DNA of 63,884 nucleotides, filler included, from Neolecta irregularis DAH-3 (lineage: Eukaryota): the NCBI GenBank assembly GCA_001929475.1. It is 7 parts of 7 records of this genome, joined end to end, with 100 filler letters (N's around TTAATTAATTAA, not from the genome) between each part and the next. Parts side by side here need not be neighbours in the genome. Positions count along the whole stretch, not along the records: positions 19,940 to 28,538 come from LXFE01000345.1; positions 28,639 to 30,439 come from LXFE01003258.1; positions 30,540 to 61,172 come from LXFE01000346.1; 4 more parts are not named here. One strand, given 5' to 3'. The notes beneath the pieces were generated by a model. That model was not told the DNA's origin. It saw only the letters and a list, made by a program, of their open reading frames with translations, and ran no database searches. Made by a program: the position numbers and the translations under genes. Each line of letters opens with the position of its first letter. Within the stretch, counting starts at the first letter, position 1. Shown piece after piece: positions 22,663 to 34,554 of the stretch.

Positions 22663-23656
22663 CTACTCCTCCTCGCTATTTTCCTCCGCATACTCGTCAC
22701 CGCTAACTTCTGCGTTTTCACGCTCACTCCTTGCCATCAGAGCCTGTAATTCCAGATCGTCGCTCTCGCTGATAGCACGGGGCTATTGCTTAGCGGTATG
22801 TCACCGTTAAAATATCCATACCGCCATCTTGACTTCAAACTTGCCGCCATCATAGGTCAAGATTTTCTTTTCGATCTCCACAAGTGCTTGTTCAAGCTTC
22901 TTAATGCCCTCAGCCTTGTCGAGTGCACTCGTAGTAATAACATATACTGGCGCAGCCACCAGCTTCACCGTAATAGGAACTTCTTCTGAGCTGAATTGTT
23001 CCGCCATTTTCAGCGCAGCCTTAATACCAGCAACGCCGTCGTATCCATGGCATTTAACTTCGATATCCGTCCGAATTTTGACTGGTTGTGGAGTTAGTCG
23101 TCTAGCTATCTGCGAAATGAGTTCTGGAAGGACATTTGACGAAGGCGCTTCAATGCCTTCAAACACACTATCTGAGTTTGTGATAGCTATCCGGAATGCT
23201 TCGTATGCATGGCCATACTTTTTATATAGCGGCCAGCCGACCTTTTCGTAAATTGCCTCAAGAGGAAGACTTTGCTTCTCGGCGACATTACGCATAATAC
23301 TATGAACAGCCTTGGCCTTGTTGTATTTATCCTCAGCTTTCACGATTTCTTCGGGACTAACTCGCCTTTTCGATAAGTCGATATAGCCTGACATATCAGC
23401 AGGTCCACGCATTTGTATTTTTGCCTTTTTCTTTATCCACTCGAAGAACAACTACAACCTCATTTCTTCCAACTCGGATAAGCTTCTGGACGGATCGAAT
23501 ACGACGTCGAGATAATTCCGATAGCAAAATCATTCCTTCAATATTGTCGTATTCCAGTAGCTTCACGTAGGCGCCCATTTCAGCAATAGATTTCACCTGG
23601 ACCACGACAAGATCGTCAACTTCCGGATACTTATTTTCATAGTACCGACAAGACAT
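22663..23656 (-). CDS. SUI2: Translation initiation factor eIF2 alpha
   Basis: [45 protein letters not shown] across GC-AG intron 23388-23424; ENAEVSGD end. Confidence 0.97.
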
Positions 23657-23849
23657 AACGACGTTAACGGGAATAGGAAGAGGTGGATCGAGGTGAGTCG
23701 AATGAAAACTGACTGACCAACCTTGAATTTTGCGGTCACATTTTCGGATCCGATGAATATGAACAAGTATGATGCAAAGTCTTTATGATACATCATATGC
23801 AAAAAATAACTAAGCAAAATTTCTACGACTCGGCTAGCGGGTTGCCCTC

Positions 23850-24844
23850 CTACGCAGTGGAGTAGCTGAACCGTCAGAAACTTTCGCAGTTTCATACTTA
23901 CGCAAAAAAAGTCAATTTCACTGCTAAAGACATCCCGAGATGTGCGGCGACAATAGAAATAAGAATCAATCTTGAAGTCTTCCCTTCTGCCCTACTAATC
24001 ACTGGATACAAGTTCCTTACGAGAAAAGTTGTAGATATGGCAGCACCAATACTAACCGAAGTCCACCGTATGATATTTGCAATGGTCCTATGATTGAATA
24101 GTTCAATTGGTGAAATGCTTATAATCTTTTCGATCAGCAGGAATTTCAAAGGGACAGTATACCGAAATAGGAACCCAAACCAACATTCCATAACCATAAA
24201 GACATAGACATTCAAGTAGTCCAGGTTCACAGCCATACCACTTCATTACACCCCAGAGGACAATAGGAATCAGGAATGTGTACCCATACATCAACACAGC
24301 AGCTGACACAAGAGTTTGAAAATTGTAATTAAAAGGTGTATCCGAGCCGTGCCAAGCCAGCCAGTCAACAAAAGTCGAACTCATGAATAAAACGAGAATA
24401 ACGGTCGTGCATACCCATATCGGACCTGCGGTTAGTAGAACATTGAGAGCAGAATTCTCTTTACCATAAAGGTCCGGATTCCCGTCAATCATATCTAAAA
24501 AATTCGTTCGAGGGAATAAAGACCCCCAGCATCTATTCAAAACTTGTTGGGTATCAACCTCAAAAAACTGAACGTAGAACTCAGTTGTCCATAGCAGTTT
24601 TTTATCGCTTTTTAGTTGCGGAATATTATTATGTCCTTCAATTCATAAACTCAGAAACAGGAACCAAGGTACCCATTGATCGCGAAAGTGTGTTCGTGTT
24701 ATCTACTGTATGAAAATCTTGGAAACTAAGATCCGTTTGACCCCCGAGTTGAGGCTAAGATTGTTAGATTGAATCTGTTCATGATGGCGATGAGAGTACG
24801 GCTTCCTCGTCCACTTCAATTACAGCGTAATCTTTTCGCGACAT
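23850..24844 (-). CDS. Yip1-domain protein (YIPF1/2 type)
   Basis: WTTEFYVQFFEVDTQQVLNR, NPDLYGPIWVCTT, ECLCLYGYG..WVPIS; several TM helices. Confidence 0.85.
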
Positions 24845-25123
24845 TTAAATTAGTGCAACAGTGACAAGTTGATATCAGAGCCCAATGTATAGTTAAGTAT
24901 TGGACAACTGAAGGCCAAGTTTAAGATCCAGGACGGAAGTTGTGCCAAATGGGGAACCTTACTTCTGAAGTTCTCTTCAGCTTCATTATACAAAAGTTAA
25001 GAACTGAGGCTTACTATCTTTGATTCCCTATGTTTTCTTTGTATAAAATAATAATCCGATAACCATCAGAGGCGGTGCGATCTGCCATAATTCGTGATCC
25101 ACTCAACTAACAACTCCTTTGCT

Positions 25124-25445
25124 ATGAGTCCTCCACCATTGCGTACAGGTTTTCATATACTGAATCTTACACTTCCAGTGTCGCAAAAAGAAATGTCGGA
25201 TGCCAAAATTCCCTTGGCATGGAGAGACTCGTGTGCAGGTTTATTAATTCCGCTTAATAATTGCCGCAAAAAGTCATGCTACTTACCCTGGAAGTGTGAA
25301 AATGAAAGACATTCATATGAAAAATGTCAGTACGAAGAGTACGTTTGTGCTTGAGAACTTACTGATGTCCAATGATAGCTTCCAAAGGAGATCTGCTGAA
25401 GTGAAAAAGGCCAGGGCTCTACAAATTGAGGCAGCTTCGTCGTAA
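25124..25445 (+). CDS. NDUFB7: Complex I accessory subunit B18 (NDUFB7)
   Basis: EMSDAKIPLAWRDSCAGLLIPLNNCR..YLPWKCENERHSYEKCQY (twin CX9C); two introns. Confidence 0.92.
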
Positions 25446-25543
25446 TAAAATTCAATAATCGTCGGTTTATGCACAAGGCTTTTCTCCTCACTTTTTTTGC
25501 CAATATCCAAGGGAAAGCAATACCATTACCCGTTCTTGGCATT

Positions 25544-26878
25544 TTAATAATAAGAGCCTCGACCGGCATACTGATCGCTATCCAAATTTTGCTCAGTAGG
25601 CTGAGCATCGCTTGACTGGTCGTCGTTCTTCTCGTCGCCAAATGCTAGAATTGGCTTGATGAAAGATTTTGGCTGGACTAAGTCTCGTCCGCTGGGCATT
25701 TTGGCTTGAACATCTGATAGCAACGGCTCCGGTTGAAATGCCACCTGATATTTTGTCAGTCGGAATTGGGAGAGCAGCATATACTCGATCATTGTGTCTT
25801 TTCAGTTCCTTATACTTGGCATCAATAATGACGAACTCTTCTTTGGCCCGCCATTGTAGGATTTCTACTTTACTTGAAGACGCGATCTTTACGAGATTCC
25901 TAGCCTCTGTGATACAAGTTACAGCTTCTCCAACCTCTCCGTTCTGTTCAGCTTCAAAAGCAAGGTATTTTAGCACTCTTGCCCGGGCAAGGGTTTTATT
26001 GTCATTGATATATCGAATCAAATCATCGTCAAGCTCTTTTCTTCTGGGATACGAATTTATTAGTGACGACGCAGAGTTCAGCATTTCATATGTAGAAACG
26101 CATATACGTGCAATTAAAGAGAATGAGGCTGATTTCGCACGAGTTAATCCCAGTATTTGAGCATCAGCAATCGACAATCTTCATATCAGCAAATTTTTCT
26201 CTTTAAGGCGAAATACAGAATCAATATTGATATTACTTCTTTCGTGGCATCGACCGGAATCTTTCCTGCTGGTACCCAAGTAGCTAGTACCGTGCTTTGT
26301 ATATACTGTAAAATACCCGCAGCTTTGCAAATATTTTCTGCAGCCTTTTGTTAAATATTTTGATAGACCATAGGCATACATTGCTGACGACTTTCTCTTC
26401 GTTTCTTCTGATCAGTGTATTCGCACGAAGGGTTAAAGCATAAGCGTATGTAAGTAGAGTGAATGTAATTTCATAATCAATCGACGGAACTTCAACTCTC
26501 GGCTGATTGCGCAGAGCCGTACCAATCAAAGTACATCTCCACGAGGTGACTGGGCGTCAGGTGGTTGATAACATGAGTTGTTACCTATCACTTTATTTTG
26601 TTGAAATATATTATCGAGACCTGCTTCAATACTAAAAAGATACGGTAGGTAATCCTCCACCGTCTCGCTATCAGCATTCATTGTTTGAAATGATCCATCT
26701 CTACCTTAATCACTGATACAAGATCCTTTTCGTCTGCGCGTCTTGTGTTCTTCAAGATATCTCGCAATTTCGTTCTTCGTGTAGTCGCTTCCAGCAACTT
26801 GGATCTGTATTTTTCACTTGTTATACAAGTTGTGAAATCAAAGTATCCAGTTGTAGGCAACGTATACGGGAATGACAT
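25544..26878 (-). CDS. palC: pH-response regulator PalC (Bro1-like)
   Basis: MSFPYTLPTTG, ARARVLKYLAFEAE, KRHNDR, MPSGR, C-terminal YAGRGSYY. Confidence 0.85.
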
Positions 26879-26974
26879 TTACGTGGACCGGGAGTTGGAC
26901 TACAAGACTTGATATGAAGGCCTGACCTTCACCACAAACGTCAGCAACGAGCCAGATCTCCCCCAACACTCGAA

Positions 26975-27355
26975 ATGTTGTTTTATTCCTTCTTCAAAAC
27001 CCTCGTAGAGTCGGAAGTAACCGTCGAGTTGAAAAATGATTTGTCCATAAAGGGAACTTTAAAATCAGTCGACCAGTTTCTGAATATCAAGTTGGACAAC
27101 GTCTCGGTGTTGGAAGAAACGAAATATCCTCATTTGGTTGTTTCATATATTTTGAAAGGAAGAACCCTAACTCCTAGGCGTCAGTAAAGAATGTTTTCAT
27201 TCGTGGCTCCGTGGTGAGGTATGTACATCTACCGGCCGCCGCAGTCGACATTGCTTTATTAGAGGATGCCACCAGAAGAGGTACGAGTTAATGTTAGAGC
27301 ATCCGTTGATTTTTTAAAAGAAGCCGCATCACAAGCGGGGAAAGCACCAAAGTAG
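26975..27355 (+). CDS. LSM2: U6 snRNA-associated Sm-like protein Lsm2
   Basis: MLFYSFFKTLV..VTVELKNDLSIKGTLKSVDQFLNIKL, FIRGSVVRY, LLEDATRRE; two introns. Confidence 0.97.
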
Positions 27356-27919
27356 AACCCTCAATTCGATGATCGTATCTTGGATTTCCTCGGTGACGGG
27401 GAGTATTCGTTCAAGCTGTATTTGTCGCCCCTCAAGATGGTTTTCGGACTTGGAAATCACAGTGTGTTGTATCAGAATGCATTACTTGTTGTTAATACCC
27501 CCGTGTATTCGATGCAATCTGAACAAGTTGCAGCATTTCCATTACGCAAAACTCCTCAACTGACATTGGACTTCCCTCCCAAGCTCCGACCAATAGTTGT
27601 CACAGATCACTCATTCAAGTTGGAAAAAGCTTTGTTAGATCACAATTATACTATGGCCAACCGATCGACAAAGCATTTTGTGATTTTTCAAGAGCATCTC
27701 GAATCCAATAAAAGCTCATCAGCGTGCCCTATCATCTCCACACTCCACACTCCCGCGAAACTGTTCCTGGTTCTAGATCTCTAGCTTTGTTTAGCTGAGC
27801 TCTCTTTAGCTGAAAGATCGAGTATTTTCTTGCGCTTATTCTGTAAAATCTTAACTTCCAGAGTGTTGGTCATAGCCCACCCCTACATATGATCCTTTAT
27901 ATCTTTCTGGATGGCCTGT

Positions 27920-28098
27920 TGTAAGTGGTGACCCCCGGCGTACAAATAAGACTATATTGTATTTGCTAGCCTAAGTTGTGGGCACTTTTATCGGGACATA
28001 CCTACACTAAGTTGTGGGCACTTTTTACTTCTTTATATACTTTTCAAATGACAGTAATATCCCGCATTGGTAAAGGTATATGTTAGTATATCCTTACA
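27920..28098. mobile_element. Solo LTR (179 bp)
   Basis: Ends TGTAAG...CTTACA, flanked by a perfect 5-bp TSD CCTGT (27915-27919 and 28099-28103). Internal direct repeat ctaagttgtgggcactttt. Confidence 0.85.
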
Positions 28099-28978
28099 CC
28101 TGTGGTTAATCTTTCTGAGATATATCATGTACTCGTAGGTCAAGGAGGTAGCAACGCAACTAAAATTAAGATATTATATACCTATTTCTCATAATCTGAG
28201 AGAGATGTTGCAAGTTATTAAGTTGGCAATGAATTGCTGAAGAGATAGCGCTAGATCGTTGGGGAGTATAGCGAAGGAAGGAAAGATAGAGAGTATTGTA
28301 CCTGCAGGCTTGGGTTGACGCCGTCCTGTCGATAAATATCCCAATAGTCTTATCAGAGCACGTGCTTCATCGTTTATCATGCTTATGGAAAAATAAGGTC
28401 GTTTAGTTGCTTTCAAATCTTGGAATGAGAACTCTCGAGCACCCTGAGTGTCAGCACACGACCTTAGGTTGGGCGCTGATGTGGACTTAGGTTGGATATG
28501 CTGCCGTAGATACTGTTAAAGAGAGTAACTACGTATATNNNNNNNNNNNNNNNNNNNNNNNNNNNNNNNNNNNNNNNNNNNNTTAATTAATTAANNNNNN
28601 NNNNNNNNNNNNNNNNNNNNNNNNNNNNNNNNNNNNNNAACTCAGTTGCTACTGATAAACAGTGCAACTGACCACCTCTTAGTGATCACTTGCTAGTACT
28701 ATCTATAGTACTAATACCAGAGTAGCCTAGCATAGCTAACCTACTACTGGGTTCCCTTAGACATACCTAAGGATAATATAAGCCCAGACATAGCTGGTGT
28801 CTTACAGAAAGATTGGAATGGAAGTAAGGCTTCTAGCTCCAGGTCTAAATGTGACACCATCAAACTTGGAAGGTCTCTGCATTGCTGCATTGGTTTTGGG
28901 CTGCAGTTTTGTATGAAAATAATAACACAAGCACAGGGCAAGGTCATGTCATCTCTAAAGCAGATTAGCAACTGAAAG

Positions 28979-29060
28979 CAGTGTTGGGGATGGGCCATGG
29001 GCTTAGCCCGGTCCATGGGTTAACCCATGGGCTTTTTTGGGGGGGCCCAGTCCATGGGTT
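28979..29060 (+). mobile_element. hAT-like MITE end (CAGTGTTGGGGA family) with CCATGG/GGGC palindromic motifs
   Basis: cagtgttggggatgggccatgggcttagcccgg matches the reverse complements of 4850-4887 and 61830-61872. Confidence 0.65.
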
Positions 29061-29129
29061 AGGGAGAAATCCAGCTTGAGGGAGCATGCATGCTTTGAAA
29101 TGCTGGCATTCATTGCATGATAAAATGTA

Positions 29130-29860
29130 TCATTCTACATCCTTCATGAGACCAGGCCAATAATAATCTGCCCACAGCACTCTGTATGTCTTATCCAGGC
29201 CGAAATAACCCTGGCAGTCATGATGAGCATGTCTAAGGTACTCCAGAATGGTCTTGTCATGAGGGATGCATAGGCATGAGTTTGCAAAAAAGAGTCCTCC
29301 CTCCTCCTTATACACTGGGTAATGTCTGGATTTTGTACCACTTCTGACATAAATGAGTCTGTCATATTTGCATTCCATATGGCTCTCTTCTCTGATTTCG
29401 AAACTGTTATTGATGTAGTAGTATGAATGAATTCTAATTGAGGTGCTGATACTTTGTACCTGGACAGTGCATCTGCTGCCACATTCAGTTTCTGTGCCAG
29501 ATACTGTATATCGAAGTCAAAATGACTCAGAAAATCGAGCCATCTCATCTGTCATCTTGATAGATGCTGTTGGGACTGCCAGTGTTTGAGTGGTTAGTGG
29601 TGTGTAAGAACCATGAACCAAGTACCAATGAGGCGGTGGGACCATTTTCTTAAAGTGAATATGATTGCTAACATTTCCTGCTCATGTGTGGGATAATTAA
29701 CTTCAGTTGTTGTATATTGGCAGCTTTCAAATGAAGCAGGATTGGCACTCTGCCATGTTGACCCATGTGCCAAGATACACCTCATCCTTTTTTTGCTGGC
29801 ATCCTGTAAGTATGCTGTGCATACTCCTAACCCTAACCCTAAGTCAGCATGGAGTGTCAT
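29130..29860 (-). mobile_element. Degenerate Ty3/gypsy pol (RNase H + integrase zinc-binding region)
   Basis: NYPTHEQEMLAIIFTLRKW, RWLDFLSHFDFDIQY..NVAADALSR and HAHHD..GLDKTY..YYWPGLMKDV in different frames, with stops and frameshifts. Confidence 0.9.
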
Positions 29861-29950
29861 ATGACCAACAACAAATCCTACCAGCAGGACTTAGACACAA
29901 TTGCAATCAATTCTCAACTATACAGCAAACCAACTTATCTCTGCAAATGA
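29855..29950 (+). repeat. Dispersed repeat family B, diverged copy
   Basis: ..acaaatcct..caattgcaatcaattctcaact..aaaccaac aligns with 18169-18265. Confidence 0.45.
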
Positions 29951-30539
29951 ATACCCCCAGCATCAGAATTTCAAGGCAAAACTAATGGTCTACCAAGAAT
30001 CTCGTTTTAGGAATGTCCAACAACAGCAAAACTCACGCAATTTCAACTAAGACCACGAAAAGATGCGCCTTGACGAGGGCTTCCAACGAGCCAAAAATCA
30101 TCGAGATCAGAGGCCTGTGGACCACACAAATCGCGTTTTAGTGTTTTATAAATGGAGTTGAGATCCAACCACCACAACCCACATCCGGAGTATGTGCGGC
30201 TTAAAATTCCACATAATACCACCCACCACAATGGACAGCATCAATCCAAACCGGTATGTCTGGATGCATATTGACAATAGCCTTCATATAAGACTGCAAT
30301 GAGGCATATGATTGAAAGTTGATATTTTAGGAGGAAAAGCCATTCCCCATTCTATATAGCCTGACCTGACTTCCCCTATGGAAGCGGGCTTTACACCTAC
30401 TACTTGAATAGATATAGTTACTCTCTCAGTCACTATCATNNNNNNNNNNNNNNNNNNNNNNNNNNNNNNNNNNNNNNNNNNNNTTAATTAATTAANNNNN
30501 NNNNNNNNNNNNNNNNNNNNNNNNNNNNNNNNNNNNNNN

Positions 30540-33032
30540 GTTTCACGGTGCAATTGTAGGGCTGTTATCACATCCTTTGACGGCAATTCCTTCTTCAACA
30601 TTGCAGTTTTTTATGTTAGTTGCCAAAACGTACATCCGCCTCCCGACATTTTGACTGATATCAAGCGCTTCCTCACATGAATCTCAGTCGCTCCGCCCTC
30701 TTGAAACTCTAATTACGACTCAACCGTCTCTGATTCAATCACTACACCCAGGTCAAACGCACGGTTTGTATGCATCTCTCGGTCCCCTCTTATCCTCTAC
30801 CGATTTTTTGCTTGTATTCCTCACCCTTTCGATTCTGTCAGTAATCCCAGATGCTCGAAATCTCTTTTCGGGTGACAAGGCTAGTAAAATTCTGCGCCTT
30901 ACAGGTACTGCTGCATGTCAAGACGAAGAAACTGCTTCACTGGCAATCAAAGTGCTTAATAAAATGGATATAGAGACAAAAAAGACATGGCTCGATACGA
31001 GAGAAGGGTTGAATATTGTGAAGAGAGTTTTGGACAAAGCCGTTTCCGAAGAACGCCCCAAGGTATCCTCCATTCGCGATCTTTACCGATAAGTAGATTC
31101 TTCGGTTCTTGGCAGAAATTCTGCGAGTGAAAAAATTTCCATTGCCTGATTCTCTCTTTGAAAAATTTGAAGACGCTGTAAGGAAAAATGATGTCCAGCT
31201 TGTGGATGAATTCTGTGATATTTACGAACAGGTGAGATAGAATATTCCGATCGATAAACTGATGACCAGATACCGCCCGCATCACCCGATTTCTTTATCA
31301 ACGTATACTTGGAGACATTGACTCAACCGTTACCCTACCCTCGCTCACGGGTCAACTTACGACTTCTGAAATGTCTCAAAAACAATATATCTGTCTTTAA
31401 CGCCGCCTTGCGTTCTGCCCTCTCCACGACGCAATTTGAGAAACCAGTTCAACACTTTCTCAATTCCACAATTCCCGATCCTGTGTGTGATCCATCTTTA
31501 CAAGAATGTCCCCGTCACTATGCCTATCAAATTCGAGAACTTTATGAGCTATTGTGTCAACTACCTTTGTTGGCGGACAATCAGCAAGAGCCGCTCGATT
31601 CTTCCATGAAACTTGCATTAATCGAGAAGATGTCGTCATTACCAGATAGAGATTGTTATCTCACCAAAAAGAAGATTTCAGACAGATACGAGCTAAGAAC
31701 GCTCGAGTCACAGACTTCCATAGATTGGCAAAAGAACCTTTACAACACTTTGGTGAAACAGGCAGAAGGCACCTATACTTGTATAATAGACAATTTGACT
31801 ATGGTCTGCAGAGATTTGGAAAGTCGAACGCATTGTATTGAAGAGCCACTACGAAACCTAAAAAAGCAGAGCGAAGAGATCTTGAGAGTGTCAGAGGAAC
31901 GAAATTTAGCCTTGACGGAATCAAGACGTGAAACAGAGAATGCAAGAGCAGAAGTTGAGTGCTTGGCCATCCAAAAGGGACAACTGGAAAAATCCATCGA
32001 GGAATATTCCAAGCAACTCGAATCTCTGAACAATCGCTTCCGGGACATGGAGACAGAGCTACATGCCCAGTTTATGATTAAAATGAACGAAATGAAATTA
32101 CTCCTCGAACGCAATGAAACATTAGAATCTAATAATGAAAGAGTTGGACGCGATTTGTCGGTTGCTTTAAATAATCATTCAATTCTCGAGGACAGAGTTG
32201 GTCAAATGAAACTGGAACATGAAACTCGTGTTAAAGACCTGCAAGAGCAAGCTCAGAATTCCCTTGAACGGGAAGTTAATGCTGTTCGGAGTGAAATAAG
32301 TATCCAGCAACAAGCATTTCAGGCCGAGATAAACACGCGTGATGAAGCTACTGAAGCTCATAAGCGTCGTATTCATGAGTTGGCAGAGCATATCCAGAAA
32401 CATGATCTGGAAGTTGACAGGCTTGATAAGGAAAATCAGCAGAGAGTTTCCGAGTTGCAGAAATCTACTGAAGATAGGGTACACAAAGTTTTCAAAGCAA
32501 ATGTTGATATTCCAGCTTTGCGAAATTCAAACTCGGCATGATGAGCTTATTGAAAAGTTGAAACAAGAACATCATGAATATCTGGAATCTATGAAGACTT
32601 CCTTTGATCACCAGATCAATGAATTAAAAACAGGCTATGAAACTGACCATATAAAGCTTTCAAATCAGGTATGCATCTATTTGATGTTTTCTCACAAATT
32701 TTAGCTCAAAGAAGCCCAGGAGTCTCATAACACCGAGAAATCAGCGCTCGATACCAATGTATACTTCTATATTGAAGTTCCTTTTGACGTCATAGTATGC
32801 AAGGCTAAAAGTAGCATATGAAACGAAATGTAAAGAATACGATCAAGTGAAGAATATCGGGCAACATCTTATGGCTGTCATGGGAGGCGGTAACGGTCCG
32901 CTACCGCCACAGGCTTCAACACCACATAAAGAGGATATACAACTCGAACAGGAGGATACTCGATATTCCATGGCAACCCAGGAAGGAGATACGGAGATCC
33001 TCGGACAGTTAGGCAGCATGGAAATGTCTTGA
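30540..33032 (+). CDS. Uncharacterised protein: helical N-terminal region and long C-terminal coiled coil; 5' end in gap
   Basis: Series of + ORFs (30766-31092, 31309-32541, 32847-33032) separated by short GT-AG introns. Heptad-rich E/K/Q/L C-half; motif VCRDLESRTHCIEEPLR. Confidence 0.7.
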
Positions 33033-33208
33033 CAAGTTCAGTTTGTGTGAGACACTATCAAATGCAAATGTCACTAAATGAAAGGGCAATACCCATAAGC
33101 ACAACTTTTCCTTGTTCATCGACTCGCACCCAGTGAAACTGAAAAATGAGCAATTTCCTTTGTTTGCACACATTGCTTGACTTAACTCGTGCTCTTTCGA
33201 GGAAATAC

Positions 33209-34097
33209 TTACTCAGAGCATTCCTTTCCTCCCTCTGGTATAGAGAAATCTTCGAGGTCCTCAGTTCGTTTCTGTGCCCACGTCTTGCACAAGAAAACGA
33301 AATGGCAACCGAAAATTCCAAGGTCCATTACCAGTACTCCGGCATAGCTTACTGCAGCCAGTATATCAAGAGGACCACGTTGGAAGACTCGTGATGTCAA
33401 ACATTCGGTCGAAAGTAACATACCAATTGATAACAGCAACAATAGTGCACCCAGAATATCGATGATGAGAAAGATAAAGCTGAACCCTCTGACCTCCCAA
33501 TTGTATTTGATGATGTCAATGTATGGAGGTATCAGTCCAGCAAGATCGAGAAATATGGCGATTGTCCCAGTCAGAATTATCGGCCAGTCCACACCCCGGG
33601 TTACCGGTATGCGTATTGACAGGACTCCTGCTACCTCAATGCATCCCAGCAGGACCGCGGTACACATGAAAACAAAAAAACACTTTCGCACACCCCAGCC
33701 CTAGAATACATTAGCAAGAAAAGTTTTCCGTACGAACTCGATCGTAATGAAAACACTGAGCAACAACAATAAGAGTGAGAAAAGCAAAAACTCGTGGTTG
33801 TGCTTGAACGGGAATGTTCAGTTCTCTAACAGTCGTATATATTCCTTTTTACATGAGAAGACGCTTGAGAATATGATTTACCAAAGAATGGCGCAGCAAT
33901 AGCCCACAATATAAGCATCCATGGGCATAGACCTTCAGTGGTCTTCTGTGACCAGTTTTTGTAAATCTGTGGGAGAAGATGTATTGTCCATGAAACCTTC
34001 AACAATCAGCAAATCCTCGATTGAATAAAATGGGTAATTCAACTGTTCCAACAGTTCCAAGCGTAATAGACACAGCATCTTGATGTTCGTTGTCCAT
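33209..34097 (-). CDS. PQ-loop membrane transporter
   Basis: LLPQIYKNWSQKTTEGL, LNIPVQAQPR, LIPPYIDI..VRGFSFIFLIID; 7-TM hydrophobicity. Confidence 0.85.
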
Positions 34098-34554
34098 CAG
34101 GATAAGGCTATCTCTAAAATCAGGCTCGAGGAAAACATTTGGGAGCAAGCCGAAACATCCCTGCCGTTTCAAGCTTAGCCATGAAGTATGATGAAAGAAA
34201 CAAGTTTAGGAGTTGTAAAGAGTCACAGGATTTGCAGATCTCGGAAAAATGAAGGAAAATGAAACAATGAAAATCTGAAGACAGCAAGACACCGCCCTGG
34301 ATGTAATTAATTTGTAACGCTCGCGGCTGAAAATAATTGTCAAAAAGTTACTTTTGCTCTGAAGCCTTGACATGGGCCAAACCGAAGGATGACCGGTCAG
34401 CAACTATAGCGCAGCTATCGTTTGCTTAACTCCATACACAATTCCTGCATACTTTTATATCCTATCAAACACCAAAACCACATTTTCAATGTACAACAAA
34501 TTTCCTTCCTTCACCAGTAACTGTTGCAATATCCGCGGTCAACTAAACGAGATA

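Noticed and set aside
27380-27784. 134-aa ORF downstream of LSM2
   Set aside because: Non-ATG start, no recognisable motif, and it lies in a repeat-relic patch.
29826-29842. (CCCTAA)3 telomere-like repeat
   Set aside because: Coincides with the LGLG motif at the start of the Ty3 RNase H domain, and is too short to call an interstitial telomere.
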